A stretch of DNA of 64,000 bases from Octopus sinensis (Eukaryota). The notes below the pieces were generated by a model. That model saw only the letters and a list, made by a program, of their open reading frames with translations. It was not told the origin of the DNA and searched no databases. Where the stretch lies: positions 106,702,001 to 106,766,000 of the forward strand of contig NC_043003.1 of NCBI RefSeq assembly GCF_006345805.1. Reading direction: 5' to 3'. A program made the position numbers and the translations under genes. Below, one piece after another: positions 25,600 through 38,650 of the stretch; position 1 is the stretch's first letter, and each line of letters begins with the position of its first letter.

Positions 25600-25974
25600 G
25601 TACTGGTGACATGTAACAGCACCCGTGCCAGTGACACACAACGGCACCCGCACCAGTGACACGCAACGGCACCCATGCCGGTAACACGCAGCGGCGCCCG
25701 TGCCGGTGACACGCAACGGCGCCCGTGCCGGTGACACGCAAAGGCACCCATGCCAGTGACACATAACAGCACCCGGGCCGGTGACACGCAAAGGCACCCA
25801 TGCCAGTGACACATAACAGCACCCGGGCCGGTGACACGCAACGGCACCCGGGCCGGTGACACGCAACGGCACCCATGCCGGTGACACGCAACGGCACCCG
25901 TGCCAGTGACACGCAACGGCACCCGTGCCAGTGACACGCAACGGCACCCGTGCCAGTGACACGCAAAGGTACCC
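25600..25974. repeat. 25-bp minisatellite, 15 units, inside a family C element
   Basis: Unit gtgccagtgacacgcaacggcaccc with variants; no spacers. Confidence 0.95.
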
Positions 25975-26402
25975 ACTACACTCTTGTACTTGTTAGCGTT
26001 AGGAAGGTCATCCTGCTGTAGAAACCAAGCCAAAATCAAACTGGAATCTGCAGTTCTTTGGTGCAGCTCTCCAGCTTACCAATTCCAACATAGAAAGTGG
26101 GTGCTAAATGAAGATGTTCATCATGATCCTGATTTTATTCATGCTTTAACAGATGCAAATTTGATTTTTATAGAAAGCATGCACTGTGCAACAGTCAGAC
26201 AATTTACCTTAGAGTTTGATTGTTATATATTCAAGTTTAAACAACTGCATTTTTAATTTGTTGCTCCGACTGTGCAAGTTGCATTGCTGTTAATTCAGAG
26301 TGAAGGAATAGTGAGATGGTTAAGAAGTTCAATTCCCAATTATAAGTCCCAAGTTCAAATCCATTGTGTGGCAGTTATAGCAATTGTCTTCTATTATATA
26401 TA

Positions 26403-26632
26403 TTTCTTTACTACCCACAAGGGGCTAAACATAGAGGGGACAAACAAGGACAGATAAACGGATTAATTCGATTATATCGACCCCAGTGCGAAACTGGTAC
26501 TTTATTTATCGACCCCGAAAGGATGAAAGTCAAAGTCGACCTCGGCGGAATTTGAACTCAGAACGTAACGACAGACGAAATACCGCTAAGCTTTACGCCC
26601 AGCATGCTAACGTTTCTGCCAGCTCGCCGTCT
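26403..26632 (-). mobile_element. SINE family B (core resembles the Meta/Inv SINE domain)
   Basis: Near-consensus reverse copy; the domain assignment is from memory and not verified. Confidence 0.85.
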
Positions 26633-26833
26633 TCTATTATATCATGAGGTCAACTCAAGCCTTGTGAGTAAAAATTAGTGAACGACGGGCCCAGCCTTAT
26701 TACTGTGCCATGTTGATGGTTGAATTAAGAGTGTGAAGAAGAGGAATATTCAGCCACTTACACTCTAAGACAAGTTGTTCCATTGATTAAACATTGATTA
26801 TTGAAACAAACATCAGATTCATCCAATCAATTG

Positions 26834-27510
26834 TTAACCCTTTCGTTACTGTATTTCTGTTGAGACGCTGTGTTTCTTTGCATTTTGTCCAGCATGCAAA
26901 CAGTTCCGCTCGTTTACTGCCTTGACCATACTAAATACAAAGTTACAAAAGGAAAAGTTATTTGAAAACACTTCATTGTGATCTTCTGTATTTTAAAACC
27001 AAAGTCTCTTTGTATGAAAGGCCACTTCAGTGCACTTCAAAGTATCAGGTTTCCTATCAGTCCCTCTTAAATTTTTCTGACTAATCCAGTGACTGACAGC
27101 ACGGATTATATAATTATATCTGGTTTCTTAATCCATTTATTGCTTTGTTGGTTCTGTGAAATTTTCCAAATTTCATTTGGTTCAGATTTTTTCCCCAGTT
27201 TTAAATCTTTTATTTCTAGGCTTGCACAGATGGAATGTTTCATTTAATGGCACAGTAATTTTTACTTCACAGTTGGCTGGCCTCTTCACTGCTTTCAGAT
27301 TTTTTCTATCAAATGTAATACTTATTTATTCACTTTGTTTTGAATAAATTAAACATTACCTTGTAGCTTTGAGATTCTGATGATGTGAACACTTATTTTT
27401 TTAGAGTGACATTGTAGGATAGGTGTGAGTGGCCAGGTCTGGCTAGTTTGAACATAAAACAAGTAGAATAGTTTGGCCAGATATGGCCGGTTTGAACACT
27501 AAAGGGTTAA
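26834..27510. mobile_element. Larger piggyBac-like non-autonomous element
   Basis: ttaaccctttcg at the left end and ctaaagggttaa at the right end. Confidence 0.5.
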
Positions 27511-27644
27511 ACGTGAAATAGGAGTGAAACCTGTTTTTGTCAATCAAGTGAAATTAATCATGAAGAGTTAACGTGTGTTGCTCAAAGCTACCAAATTAAG
27601 ATGAGTATAGTAGTACCATTGTATTTCACTGTGTGACAATACCA

Positions 27645-28037
27645 AGGAGTGGCTGTGTGGTAAGTAGCTGGTTTACCAACCACATGGTTCCGGGTTCAGT
27701 CCCACTGCGTGGCATCTTGGGCAAGTGTCTTCTACTATAGCCTCGGGCCGACCAAAACCTAGCGAGTGGATTTGGGAAACGGAAACTGAAAGAAGCCCGT
27801 CGTATATATGTATATATATGTATGTGCGTGTATGTTTGTGTGTCTGTGTTTGTCCCCTTAGCATTGCTTGACAACCGATGCTGGTGTGTTTACGTCCCCG
27901 TCACTTAGCGGTTCGGCAAAAGAGACCGATAGAATAAGTACTGGGCTTACAAAGAATAAGTCCCGGGGTCGAGTTGCTCGATTAAAGGCAGTGCACCGGC
28001 ATGGACGCAGTCAAAATGACTGAAACAAGTAAAAAGA
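27645..28037 (+). mobile_element. SINE family A, near-consensus copy (probably the octopus OR2-like CORE-SINE)
   Basis: tggctgtgtggtaag...ggttcagtcccactgcgtggcatcttgggcaagtgtc...gactgaaacaagtaaaaag; more than 20 copies in the window. Confidence 0.9.
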
Positions 28038-28732
28038 GGAATAGCAAAACTGCATACATCTTTTGTTACTGATGACATCATCAACATCTTCGTTTTAACA
28101 TCCACGCTTCCATGCTTGAATGGGTTGGATAGAACTTGCTGGCGTGGATTTTCTATGGCTTGATGCCCTTCCTGTTACCAACCCTCACCTGCTTCCAAGT
28201 AAGGTAATAGTTTTTCCATGGCTAGACAGGTTTACATAGAAGACTGCAATTGAAGGATACCAAATGCATGATAGTGACATCATCATCATCATTGTTTAAC
28301 GTCTACTTTTCATGCTGGCATGGGTTGGACGGTTTGACCGAGGACTGGCAAGCCAGAAGGCTGCACCATACTCAAATCTGATCTGGCAAAGTTTCTACAG
28401 CTGGATGCCCTTCCTAACGCAATAAGTTACAACAATCACACAATGTCAAAACAAGGAAATACCAACTCACAAACACACACATACATATAGAAATATGATG
28501 AGCTTCTTTCTGTTTCTGTTTACGAAACCCACTGACAAGGCTTTGGTCAGTCGAGGGCTCCAACAGAAGATATTTGTCTAAAATGCCATGCAGTAGGCCT
28601 GAACCAGAACCAAAAGGTTGGGAAGCAAGCTTCTTGATACTCGAGAGAAACTTATTTGCTGGCAGGTTGCTACCCTTAAAAATCAGCAGCTGTTCTCTTT
28701 GTAATTAAACTAGGACCAATAGAATTATGTAC

Positions 28733-28756
28733 CTTGCCCAAGTCATCAAACAACAT
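28733..28756 (-). CDS. Candidate start-codon exon (MLFDDLGK)
   Basis: Acceptor at 28762, in-frame TAA just upstream of the ATG at 28756, AAG|gtacat donor, phase 0. Confidence 0.4.
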
Positions 28757-29334
28757 TGATTACTTGAAATTCAGGGCATTTTAATCATTAACAAATAAAG
28801 AATACCCAACAAGGCTTTGCATTTTCAAGAATTACTTCTCTTTCGTGTATTTTCTTATTATTGTAGTAAGAATGCAACCAAAGAAAAATAATGACCTTTC
28901 CTTAGATTTTCTACCACCGTTATACAGTTGCATTATTTGCTACAAAGCTTTTTGAACTGATAGTTACCAGGCAAACCGGGCTAATCCATGGCAACATGAG
29001 AAGGTATAACTAATCAGGGCAACGTATATAAACGCAAGCCTCAGATTGATAAAGGTGGCGGGGGTGGGGAAGATTAAATAATATTCGTGATTTTTTTTCA
29101 AGAACTGTTGAGAAACGGAAGGCAGCGTTTTGGCAGAAACATTAGCACGCCAGGCAAAATGCTTAGTGGTATTTTGTCTGTCTATACGTTCTGAGTTCAA
29201 ATTCTGCCAAGGTTGATTTTGCCTTTCATCCTTTCGAGTAGCATTTGTGTAATCGACTGGCCTCCTCCCCAAGAATTTAGGGCCTTGTGCCTAGAGTAGA
29301 AAAGAAGTGTTGTGATATCAAATTTATTTTCACC

Positions 29335-29553
29335 GTCTGCTGGCCGTTCGCCAGCCTCGTCTGGCACCTGTGTCGGTGGCACATAAAAAGCACCCACTAC
29401 ACTCACGGAGTGGTTGGCGTTAGGAAGGGCATCCAGCTGTAGAAACACTGCCAGATCTGACTGGCCTGGTGCAGCCTTCGGGCTTCCCAGACCCCGGTCG
29501 AACCATCCAACCCATGCTAGCATAGAAAGCAGACGTTAAATGATGGTGATGAT
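29335..29553 (+). mobile_element. RTE-tail retroposon family C
   Basis: Forward copy ending gacgttaaatgatggtgatga. Confidence 0.85.
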
Positions 29554-29554
29554 T

Positions 29555-29765
29555 TACATTTGATGGATATTTGTCCTCATCTTGTTTGTTGTTGACACGT
29601 TTCAGCTGATATACTCTCCAGCCTTCTTCAGATGTCTTGGGGAAATTTCAAACCTGGGTTCTCATTCCTATGTTATTATTATTGTTCAGGTCACTTGGAA
29701 TCGAACTTGCAATCTTGGGGTTAATAGCTCGCGCTCTTAACCACTATGCCATATGCCCGTGGGCA
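29555..29765 (-). mobile_element. Hammerhead-bearing SINE, reverse copy with tRNA-like head
   Basis: Reverse complement has TGGCATAGTGG, GTTCGATTCC and CTGAAGAaggctg...cagctGAAAcgt. Confidence 0.7.
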
Positions 29766-30318
29766 ATTAATGGAATGAATTTTAGGGCTTATAAATCTAA
29801 TATTTTTCTATCCTTCCTTAATACCGATTCCCATATGCTGCTCATATCTGCACTCGGTCTGCTTAGGAACTGAAATCAAATTGTTACAAAACCAAGTTCC
29901 TGTCCTCCATCACCACCACCTCCAAGCCCATGGGTGCTAAAATATGAAAGGATTCCAACAAGTGTCAACCATTTCATTTAATCAGTTTCTAAGAAAGGAC
30001 CGGACAAGATATACAACCGTAAGCAGTTGTCGTTTTTATCTTTTACTCATTTCAGTTACTAGACTGTGGCCATGCTGGAGCCCTGCCTTGAAGAAACTAT
30101 AATCGAATGAATCAACCCCAGTACTTTTTTTAAAGCCTGGTACTTATTCTATCAGTCCCTTTCATCAAACTGCTAAGTTACAGGGACATAAACACACCAA
30201 CACAAGTTGTGAAGTAGTTGGAGGGGAGCAAAGAAAGACACACATTTTATAAATATATATATATATATGAAGTAAGTATAAAAATGTACATTGTCCATTT
30301 AATTAAAAAAATTCTATA

Positions 30319-30406
30319 TGTGGCTGAAGATTGCTCGACATTTTAAAACTGATGTAATACTTACAGTGTTTAATAAAATGAAGTAGCATGAAACGATTGT
30401 ACTACA
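30319..30406 (+). ncRNA. Type I hammerhead-like motif with long stem II loop
   Basis: tgtgg-CTGAAGA-ttgct...agca-t-GAAA-cgattg-TA-ctaca; stem I tgtgg/ctaca; sister copy at 38847-38921. Confidence 0.45.
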
Positions 30407-30514
30407 CTACCTTGGATATCCTTGTTGCTTATTTTGATTATAATCACCCCATTTGATTTATATGGAAAATATCATACCAAATTCTGGTGGCTTTAACTTA
30501 AGTACCATATTCAT

Positions 30515-30907
30515 CTCTCTTTACTCTTTTACTTGTTTCAGTCATTTGACTGCGGCCATGCTGGAGCACCGCCTTTAGTCGAGCAAATCGACCCTGGGAC
30601 TTATTCTTTGTAAGCCTAGTACTTATTCTATCGGTATCTCTTTTGCCAAACCGCTAAGTGACGGGGACGTAGACACACCAGCATCGGTTGTCAAGCAATG
30701 CTAGGGACACAAACACACACACATATATATATATACATATATACGACAGGCTTCTTTCAGTTTCCGTCTACCAAATCCACTCACAAGGCATTGGTCAGCC
30801 CGAGGCTATAGTAGAAGACACTTGCCCAAGATGCCACGCAGTGGGACTGAACCCGGAACCATGTGGTTGGTTAGCAAGCTACTTACCACACAGCCATTCC
30901 TGCGCCT
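30515..30907 (-). mobile_element. SINE family A
   Basis: Near-consensus reverse copy; partial copy at 30940-31100. Confidence 0.9.
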
Positions 30908-31949
30908 CTGAATCTAAATTTTGCTGAACTTGTATATATACAACGGGCTTCTTCCAGTTTCCGTCTACTAAACCCACTCATAAGGCTTTGGTCAAAACAA
31001 TGCTATAATAGATGACACTCGCTCACGGTGCCACACAGTGGGACTGAACCCAGAACCATGTGGTTGGGAAGCAAGCTTCTTCCCACACAGCTACACATGG
31101 CCCTATGCATTTACTCATAAACAGTTACACAATTAAAGACATCGTTTTTTGAAGTTGGAGAAAGCAAGGAGTTGAAATCTAAAATAATAGCTGAAAACTA
31201 ACGACTGCTTATTCTAAAGCTATTTCCATATTACATCAATATTATGTCAGCAGGTACTAAATCATAAATATGGGATTGCCACAAAGACCATTTCCTCCAG
31301 AGAGGTCAACTGTCACCGACTTAAAGAGGAATGACACCACCAAAAGGAAAGGAAAGAAAATTCTTTTAGCTATCAAACAGCACTGAATTATCAATCTAGA
31401 TTGTTCTGTGTTCAAACCCCACCCAAGTCAACGTTACCATTTTGTATGTCAATAATACCAATTAATTATTTTGGTCGTCAAGTCAATTGACTCAATTATT
31501 CTATGACATTGAGAACAGATGCAGGTATGGCTGTGTGGTAAGAAGGTTGCTTCCCAACCACATGGTTATGGGTTCAGTTCCACTGTGTGATACCTTGAAC
31601 AAGTGTATTCCATTACAGCCCTGAGCTGTCCAAAGCCTTGTGAGTGGATTTGGGAGACAGAAACTGAAAGAAGCCCTTTGTGTGTGTGTATTACTAATCG
31701 CCTGGCGTTGACATTGTGTGATACTTGTAAACGAATGTCGCCGTCATAAAAGCAGTGTCTCTTTCCAATCTTCCGTGAAACCGTATATGATCATGGGGAA
31801 ATATTATCTTACCTGGAAACAGGTGAAGGTTAAGTGAAAAGACGGGGCATCCGACAGTAGAAAATCCGTCTCAACAAATCCCGTCAGACCCATGCAAGTA
31901 TGGAAAAGTGGACGTAAAAATAGAATGATGATGATTGAGAACTTGTGCC

Positions 31950-33228
31950 GATATGATTCCCCATTGCTTTCAATTAAAAAGGAGATGAAAGGGAAGTCAA
32001 ACCTTGTTGGATTTGAAATCTAGAATGCAAGGTTAAGACTAGACAATGTAAAACAACTGACCCATCGTCTCACCCCTACCATCTACATTAACCTTAGTTA
32101 ATGCGAGTTAATACATCTCTTTTAAGTGTCTGCAACACCTTTCTTCAGGTACTGCAACCAACAAGTCGTGTTTTATCAACAACACTCTCCACAAGGCGAC
32201 GAAGGCAAAAATGCTGGTTGCGAAATTCTTGCTTTTTCACAAAGCACAGCTGAACCACTAGGAATGGAAAACCTGTCCAAAAACTCCAGTCACTGAGAAC
32301 TTCACAAGACAGGATTAACTAAACGATACTAAATAGAAAATTAAAGGGCATTAAACCTGAATATACATCTCACCAAGTCACTAACACGTGACAGCTCATA
32401 GAAAATCTCGTATTATGTTAAAAAATATTTAATAATAATAATAATAATAATGTAAGACAATCTTAGAATAATTCACTGCGAGATATATTAACCGACTTTT
32501 AATTTTTGATGTTTAAAAACAGAATTCGGAAACGTATTTCAAAAATGTATGAAAAAACGGTAGACAATACAATGGTAATCTGAAGTGTAAGGAATTCCTT
32601 TGGCGATATAAATAACGCTAGAATATTTAGCATAGGGTTAAAGTTAGAGAATTCATCGAGTCACATGGAAGCCACATTAAGAAGGAACACGGGAAAATGA
32701 CAGAGATGCAAATATTCGGAACAGCTAGCGTTAGGAGTTAGAAATTTCACATTTATGGATATTAAACAAGTAATTTATTAATAATTCCTCTGACAATGAG
32801 AATGGAAGTGACTGAAAGGCATCATCGCCGATCCATAGGAAGCTCGAATATGCATGCTTTCAGTAAATCAATACCTTCGTCACACACCCCCACTTTCTCT
32901 CCCCCACCTCCGGACTTTCGCCAATGGCAGGAATATAGTTGTCACACAGAACAGTGAAATGGTTTTCAAAGCTGGTCAATGACCACACACAAGCTGTACA
33001 ACAAGGAATACTAAACCAAGACATGGAATTATCATTCTATACGAAATCGTAAGGTGTCTCTTTCGGCACTATTGGCAATCAAGTAGTACCGATGCACATT
33101 AATGGTAAATAAATGACAATTATACAAAAGGGGAGGGGGGACAATAATTATCGTCTCACAACTGAGTGAAGGTAAAAAGGGGGTCCTTTATTTGAAGTCA
33201 ACGATGAGCTAAGGAACAGTGCGTGAAT

Positions 33229-33280
<52 letters not shown>

Positions 33281-36234
33281 GACACGTTAATATGGAAAAC
33301 CCCTAATATGGAATAGAAGCTATGCGTTATGGAAATTGCTAATTGCCATCATTTTAAAGCCTCGCATCATTATTCTTTACTTTTTAAGATTAGTAAATTG
33401 TCTACCAGTTGTCATTGGTAGTGTTGGAGGACTTACAGAGAACAGCGTAACTCGAAGACAAAATAGCCGGAAACGACAGCGTAATAGAATTTCGATTCAT
33501 CAAATACAATGTCAGATCAATGAATTAATTATACCCGTCATGTAAAACCCATATTAGTCAGCACAAAGGAAACTATATTACACTGATGCTCAAAATAATT
33601 ACTACATAAAGATGAATTTCTTCAAGCCATGTGACAGCACACATAATAAATAATATATTTATTTATTTCACAAGGTGGCAGAAAGAGAAGGGTTTAATTA
33701 TTTGATGAGAGTCGGATGCTGTACATGCTGTTAAAAGTTGTATTTACATCTGACAGTGACGTCTGGAAAGATGACGAGTGCGAAGATCACACGTGGTGAT
33801 GGTGGTGAACCGATCAATTTTAGTCTTAACTCTATCAACTTTATATTTTGACACACTTAGCAATGATTGCCGATATTTAGTAGTGCAACTCTTCATATCT
33901 GTGTAAATTGGTAAGAATACTGTGTTGGTTGCGTCAGAGGCAAAACGGAACTTTAACAAACGAAGGAAAAATTCCTATAACATTAGTGTTGGTAATAAAT
34001 TTTCTTCGGTACATTAATTCGATAACGAAACAATAAAGAATATAATAAAGAATTTTGGCATTAACCGGGAAGGGGTGGATTTGCCTGCATGTGAGACTCG
34101 ATTGACAGACAAAAGTGACAAACTACTGCCCTATAACACTAACAATCCATCATCTATTCGTGGGTGATTTTGGTATCTTTTTAAATCATAGATTTACGTA
34201 GTGGAACAATTTACAAGAAGCAGTATGTATATCCATTGTAAATATATCTAAAATAATATTTGACATTTAAATTACAAAAATAAAATCAGTAATTATACAA
34301 GAGAATATTAGAGTCTCATATCCGGGTAGAAACAGTTCCTATTACGATTATTCCAGTTTCCGCTGAAAATGGAAAAGTATTCTGCAATTACTTATTTCAA
34401 AATAATGTATGTAGTAGATACTGTGTGGATGGGGTTTGAATTGTTAAAGAAAAACCATGTGTTAAATAATAACGATATACAGTCATTAATTATAAATAAG
34501 TGGAAATTTTCCTTAATTAAGATCTATAATATAGGAAGACAGAATCGTGAATGATGAAAATATTTTGTAATTAGATAGCATTTAGCATTCTTAAAATTTT
34601 CCGTAAACTCGACTGAATACGAGAAAATCTAGAAATAAAAAGAGCTGTATGCGATTATTCAAGGTAATTATTGTAGGTGGATATAAAAGGTAAGTTAAAT
34701 AATGAAAGTGGGGAAAAAAATGGTCCTCTTTGCTGTTCTAAGTCCACATGGCATCATCACCTGTCACTTAGTCACAACAACAGCCATTTTCACAACGAAT
34801 TTTTATTGTCTTCGTATTAATTGGATTCTTTGTTTAAAAAGCAAAACTTCAGAATTGAGATTCTCTAAATTCTAACTTCGTGTTTGAAATTTTTACACAC
34901 GGGTGGGATTTTTTCATTACATTATCGTTCTACAAAAATAAAAAATAGCGGTTTTCAAAGAGGGCGACAGCTAACTTAATGATTCGTTGCCAGAATACAA
35001 GGGGGGGGGGAGGCAAAGATGGGAAGAAAGCTGAAATTCCTTCCAGCCCTTTAGAAAATGGTAATCAACTGAAGATGTCACACCAGCCACAATTAGTATT
35101 CCCACTTCAAACCTATATAATGAAGGTAGTTAGTTACCCAAATGTTACAAACCCTTTGAAATATGAATTTGTATCAGGCGTTTATTATTATATAAACTGA
35201 CCATTCAGTCAACTAGTGTTTCTGTAGGTGTGGATGTGCGCCATGTACAGCGTAACGGAACCTTCTTCTTACATAAATATTTATATTAGAAAAAATATAA
35301 CATTATGTAAAAAAAAAGTCTTACTGAACAAAATGGAGAGGGAATGTGAAATATGGAGCAAACCCATCGGTGTAGACAATAGAATTCACATGGGGACAAT
35401 TAAGAAACCTTGATGACGACACCAAAGGACATGAGCAAGAATATATTTTGATTATTAAGCTAATCTAAAAGGCTATATTGACTTGTGTATGTATTTATAC
35501 ATTGACATATCGATTTGTCATCGATAATTTAGTGGAGAGGGATAAGTGGGTCGTCAACAAGGAAAAAATCCTTCTTGCCGGCAGGAGATCAGGTAAAACG
35601 GTTACATTTACCTATAAGCTGTGAGTCCGCATGTGTCGTGACGAAAGGTGATTGTAGATTGCGAAGACTTAGAACGAAAGAAAGGAAGAAAGAAAGACCC
35701 GACCTGGTTACTAAGAAACAAGAATCATCCCCAATATTTAACATACACATACACACACATTGAAGTAACAAGATCAGGCATTTACAATTGTATATCATTC
35801 GAGACAAAAATGCTGCCAGCATCGGATGTTAAGTCGATGCGGATTTTTCTCCTTTCTTTATGTATGTGTGTGTTTGTCGTAAACTGAGACTTGCTGTCGG
35901 TAACAATGAGTCAGCTACTAATCACACACACATTGTTATATATATATGTATATATATATATATATATATCTACGTGAATTATTTTTGAGGAAATACTATC
36001 TGGAAGACTTTTCTTAAAGTAGTGGAAATGGCTAAAAAAAACTTTTTGGCTGCTATTTCTAAAAAATTCAGTATGTGGCAAAGTAAATTATTTTACTGAG
36101 CCCTAATTATATAACGTAATATTTTGAATACGCCTTGAATGGTCCTTTTACAGGTACCCCTTTTACATACTGAGCACTGCTTGGTGAAATTAATTAATAA
36201 CTAATTGATTTTGCCCTTAATTGTTGATATATAC

Positions 36235-36299
<65 letters not shown>

Positions 36300-36405
36300 C
36301 GTGTTTATAAAGTGAAACAAAGAACATTTCTCTATTCGATCCTACTTGAGTATATAAATATAATAAATATATATAAAAGTGAAAGTCTATAAATACACAT
36401 ATATA

Positions 36406-36439
<34 letters not shown>

Positions 36440-37430
36440 CACAGACACACACACACGAACGCATGAAAAAAGCAAGTGCGCTGAATAGCAATAATGATAA
36501 TTGTAGAAGACGACAGCCTCAGCAATATTGAGTAATGATCGGAGGGCGGCCGTGTGTGGCACACATAAAGAAAACACAAAGCGAAACCGATTTGCAAAGT
36601 TTAAAGAAGAGACAGAGGCAGTCAAGGCATGGAGAGGGAACAACTTTAAAGCTTTCTAAACCATACAACAACGGTAAATAGCAAGGGGGGGGGTGAGGAG
36701 GAGAGACCGAAATATGAGCATCATTAATCTTCTTCTTCTACTTCTCCTTCGTTTCTTCTTTCTTTCTTTCTTTCTTTCTTTTCTTTTCTTTACCTTTATA
36801 CGTTGTCCCACGTTCCATTCATCAATACAAGAAGAGACATCAAAGCGGAACTTACCTGAACTATTATGTTATATGTTATAAATAGGTCCTTAAGATTTGG
36901 AAATGGTGTAGCGCAATCAAGAGAAGGTATCCAGAAAAACGACAACTGCCACTACTTTACTACAACAGCTCTCGCACAAGACAAACCAGCCATTATTCCA
37001 GTTAGGTACAGTGCTATTTATAGCGACCAATCAGCAACCGCCTTACATTCAGTGCCCGGTAGTTCGTGTGTCTGTGTAGGTGGGAGTTAAATTAAATGAG
37101 GAGTGGGCTGAGGCGCACTTCTCTTTCCAAGATGTAGCGAGACGGGTGGAAGGGATTCGGTTACGCGAGTAACTGCCAAAAGAAAAAAAATTGGGAAGGA
37201 AAATAATATTAGAAACTGTGTTAAACCATAGGGGGAAATATTCCGAAAGGATTTAGGTTGCAGGAGTCTTCTTTAGAATTATTTTTCCTTTCTTTTTTTT
37301 TTTTCTTACCGGTTCGATTTGGGAAGACTTTGCTTTCGTTGATAGAGATTAAAATATTATTATTTACAATTTAGCTTTTCACGGTCTGTCTTTCTTTAAA
37401 AAAATACAATAACTTTCCAACATTATAATG
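31950..37430. promoter_or_regulatory. SINE-free, CpG-richer block; probable promoter/5' regulatory region
   Basis: No recognisable SINE over about 5.5 kb versus roughly one per 1-2 kb elsewhere; TGACGTC 33757-33763, CACGTG 32385-32390 and 33790-33795, CCAAT 37027-37031; several strong splice donors. Confidence 0.5.
36856..37000 (-). other. Candidate non-coding first exon (5' end approximate)
   Basis: Perfect donor CAG|gtaagt at 36856, next to a CCAAT/CpG-rich segment; no long ORF. Confidence 0.35.
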
Positions 37431-38279
37431 CTAATAAAGAACCATCTGCTGTCAAAATTAGTAGAGCGGTGCTGAAAATGCCATGTGTTAAGATAGGTCC
37501 TTTTTACGTTTTGAGTTCAAATCCCACCGGAGTAATCATCGTCTTTTATTTATCAAGGAGTCGATGAAATAAATTACCAGTTAAATATTGAAATCTATGA
37601 CCAAATATAACTTTCTCCCCTAAATTTTTGCAGTTTTGTAACCAAGTTAAAACCCCAATATTTAATACTAATGGAAGGACTGTAGTGTGCCGGGCAAATA
37701 TATATATAATTACGTCCCTTTATATTCTGAGTTCAAATCCCGCCATGGTCGACTTCGCCCCCGAGACTGATAAAATAAGCACCAATAATTTACAAAATAA
37801 GTCATAACCCCACCCCTATGAATATCACCCTGTTCTAATACAATAACTCAATGTAATTAAAATTCTACAACATCGGAGCGATTACCCGGCTCCTCTGTAT
37901 TCTGGGTTCAAATCTTGTTAGGGTTAGCTGTACCTTTCTTTTCTTTAAGATTGATGTACCCGTGGGTGGGTGATTTCGATCTATTATATCTGTGTTGTTT
38001 AAATTGACATCTTTACTAATCCCCGTCAAAATATAATCTTTTATCTCTTCTACTTGCTTCAGTTACTGGACTACGGCCATGCTGGGGCACTGCCTTGAAG
38101 AATTTTAGTTGAACAAATCAACCCCACTGCTTTTTTTTCTTTCTTTTTTAAACCTGGCTCTTATTCTATTGGGCTCTTTTGCTGAACTGCTAAGTTACTC
38201 GGATGTAAACAAACCGACACTGGATGTCAAGCAGTGGCTGGGGACAAACACACACACACAGAGGTTGTGTGATAAGGAG

Positions 38280-38650
38280 CAGCAGGCGTGGCTGTGTGGT
38301 AAGAAGTTTGCTTCCCAACCACAAGCCTCCAGGTTCAGCCCCACTGTGTGGCACCTTGGGCGAGTATCTTTTTCTATGGCCTAGGGCTGACCAAAACCTT
38401 GTGAGAGGAATTGGTAGGCAGAAACTGAAAGAAGCCTGTCATATATGTGTGTGTGTAAGTTTGTCCACCACCACAACCAGTGTTGGTGTGTTTACATCCC
38501 TGTAACTTAGCAGATCAGCAAAGAGGTAGAATAAGTGCCAGCCTTAAAAAGATAAATAAATAAGCAGTGGAGTTATTTCATTTGACTCACAAAACTTCGT
38601 GGCAGTGCCCCAGCATGGTCGTGGTCTAATGACTGAAACAAGTAAAAGCA
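38280..38650 (+). mobile_element. SINE family A
   Basis: Diverged copy; reverse tail at 38040-38215. Confidence 0.8.

Noticed and set aside
25600-25974. Regular GC-rich repeats resembling a CRISPR array
   Set aside because: Head-to-tail units with no unique spacers, inside a eukaryotic retroposon.
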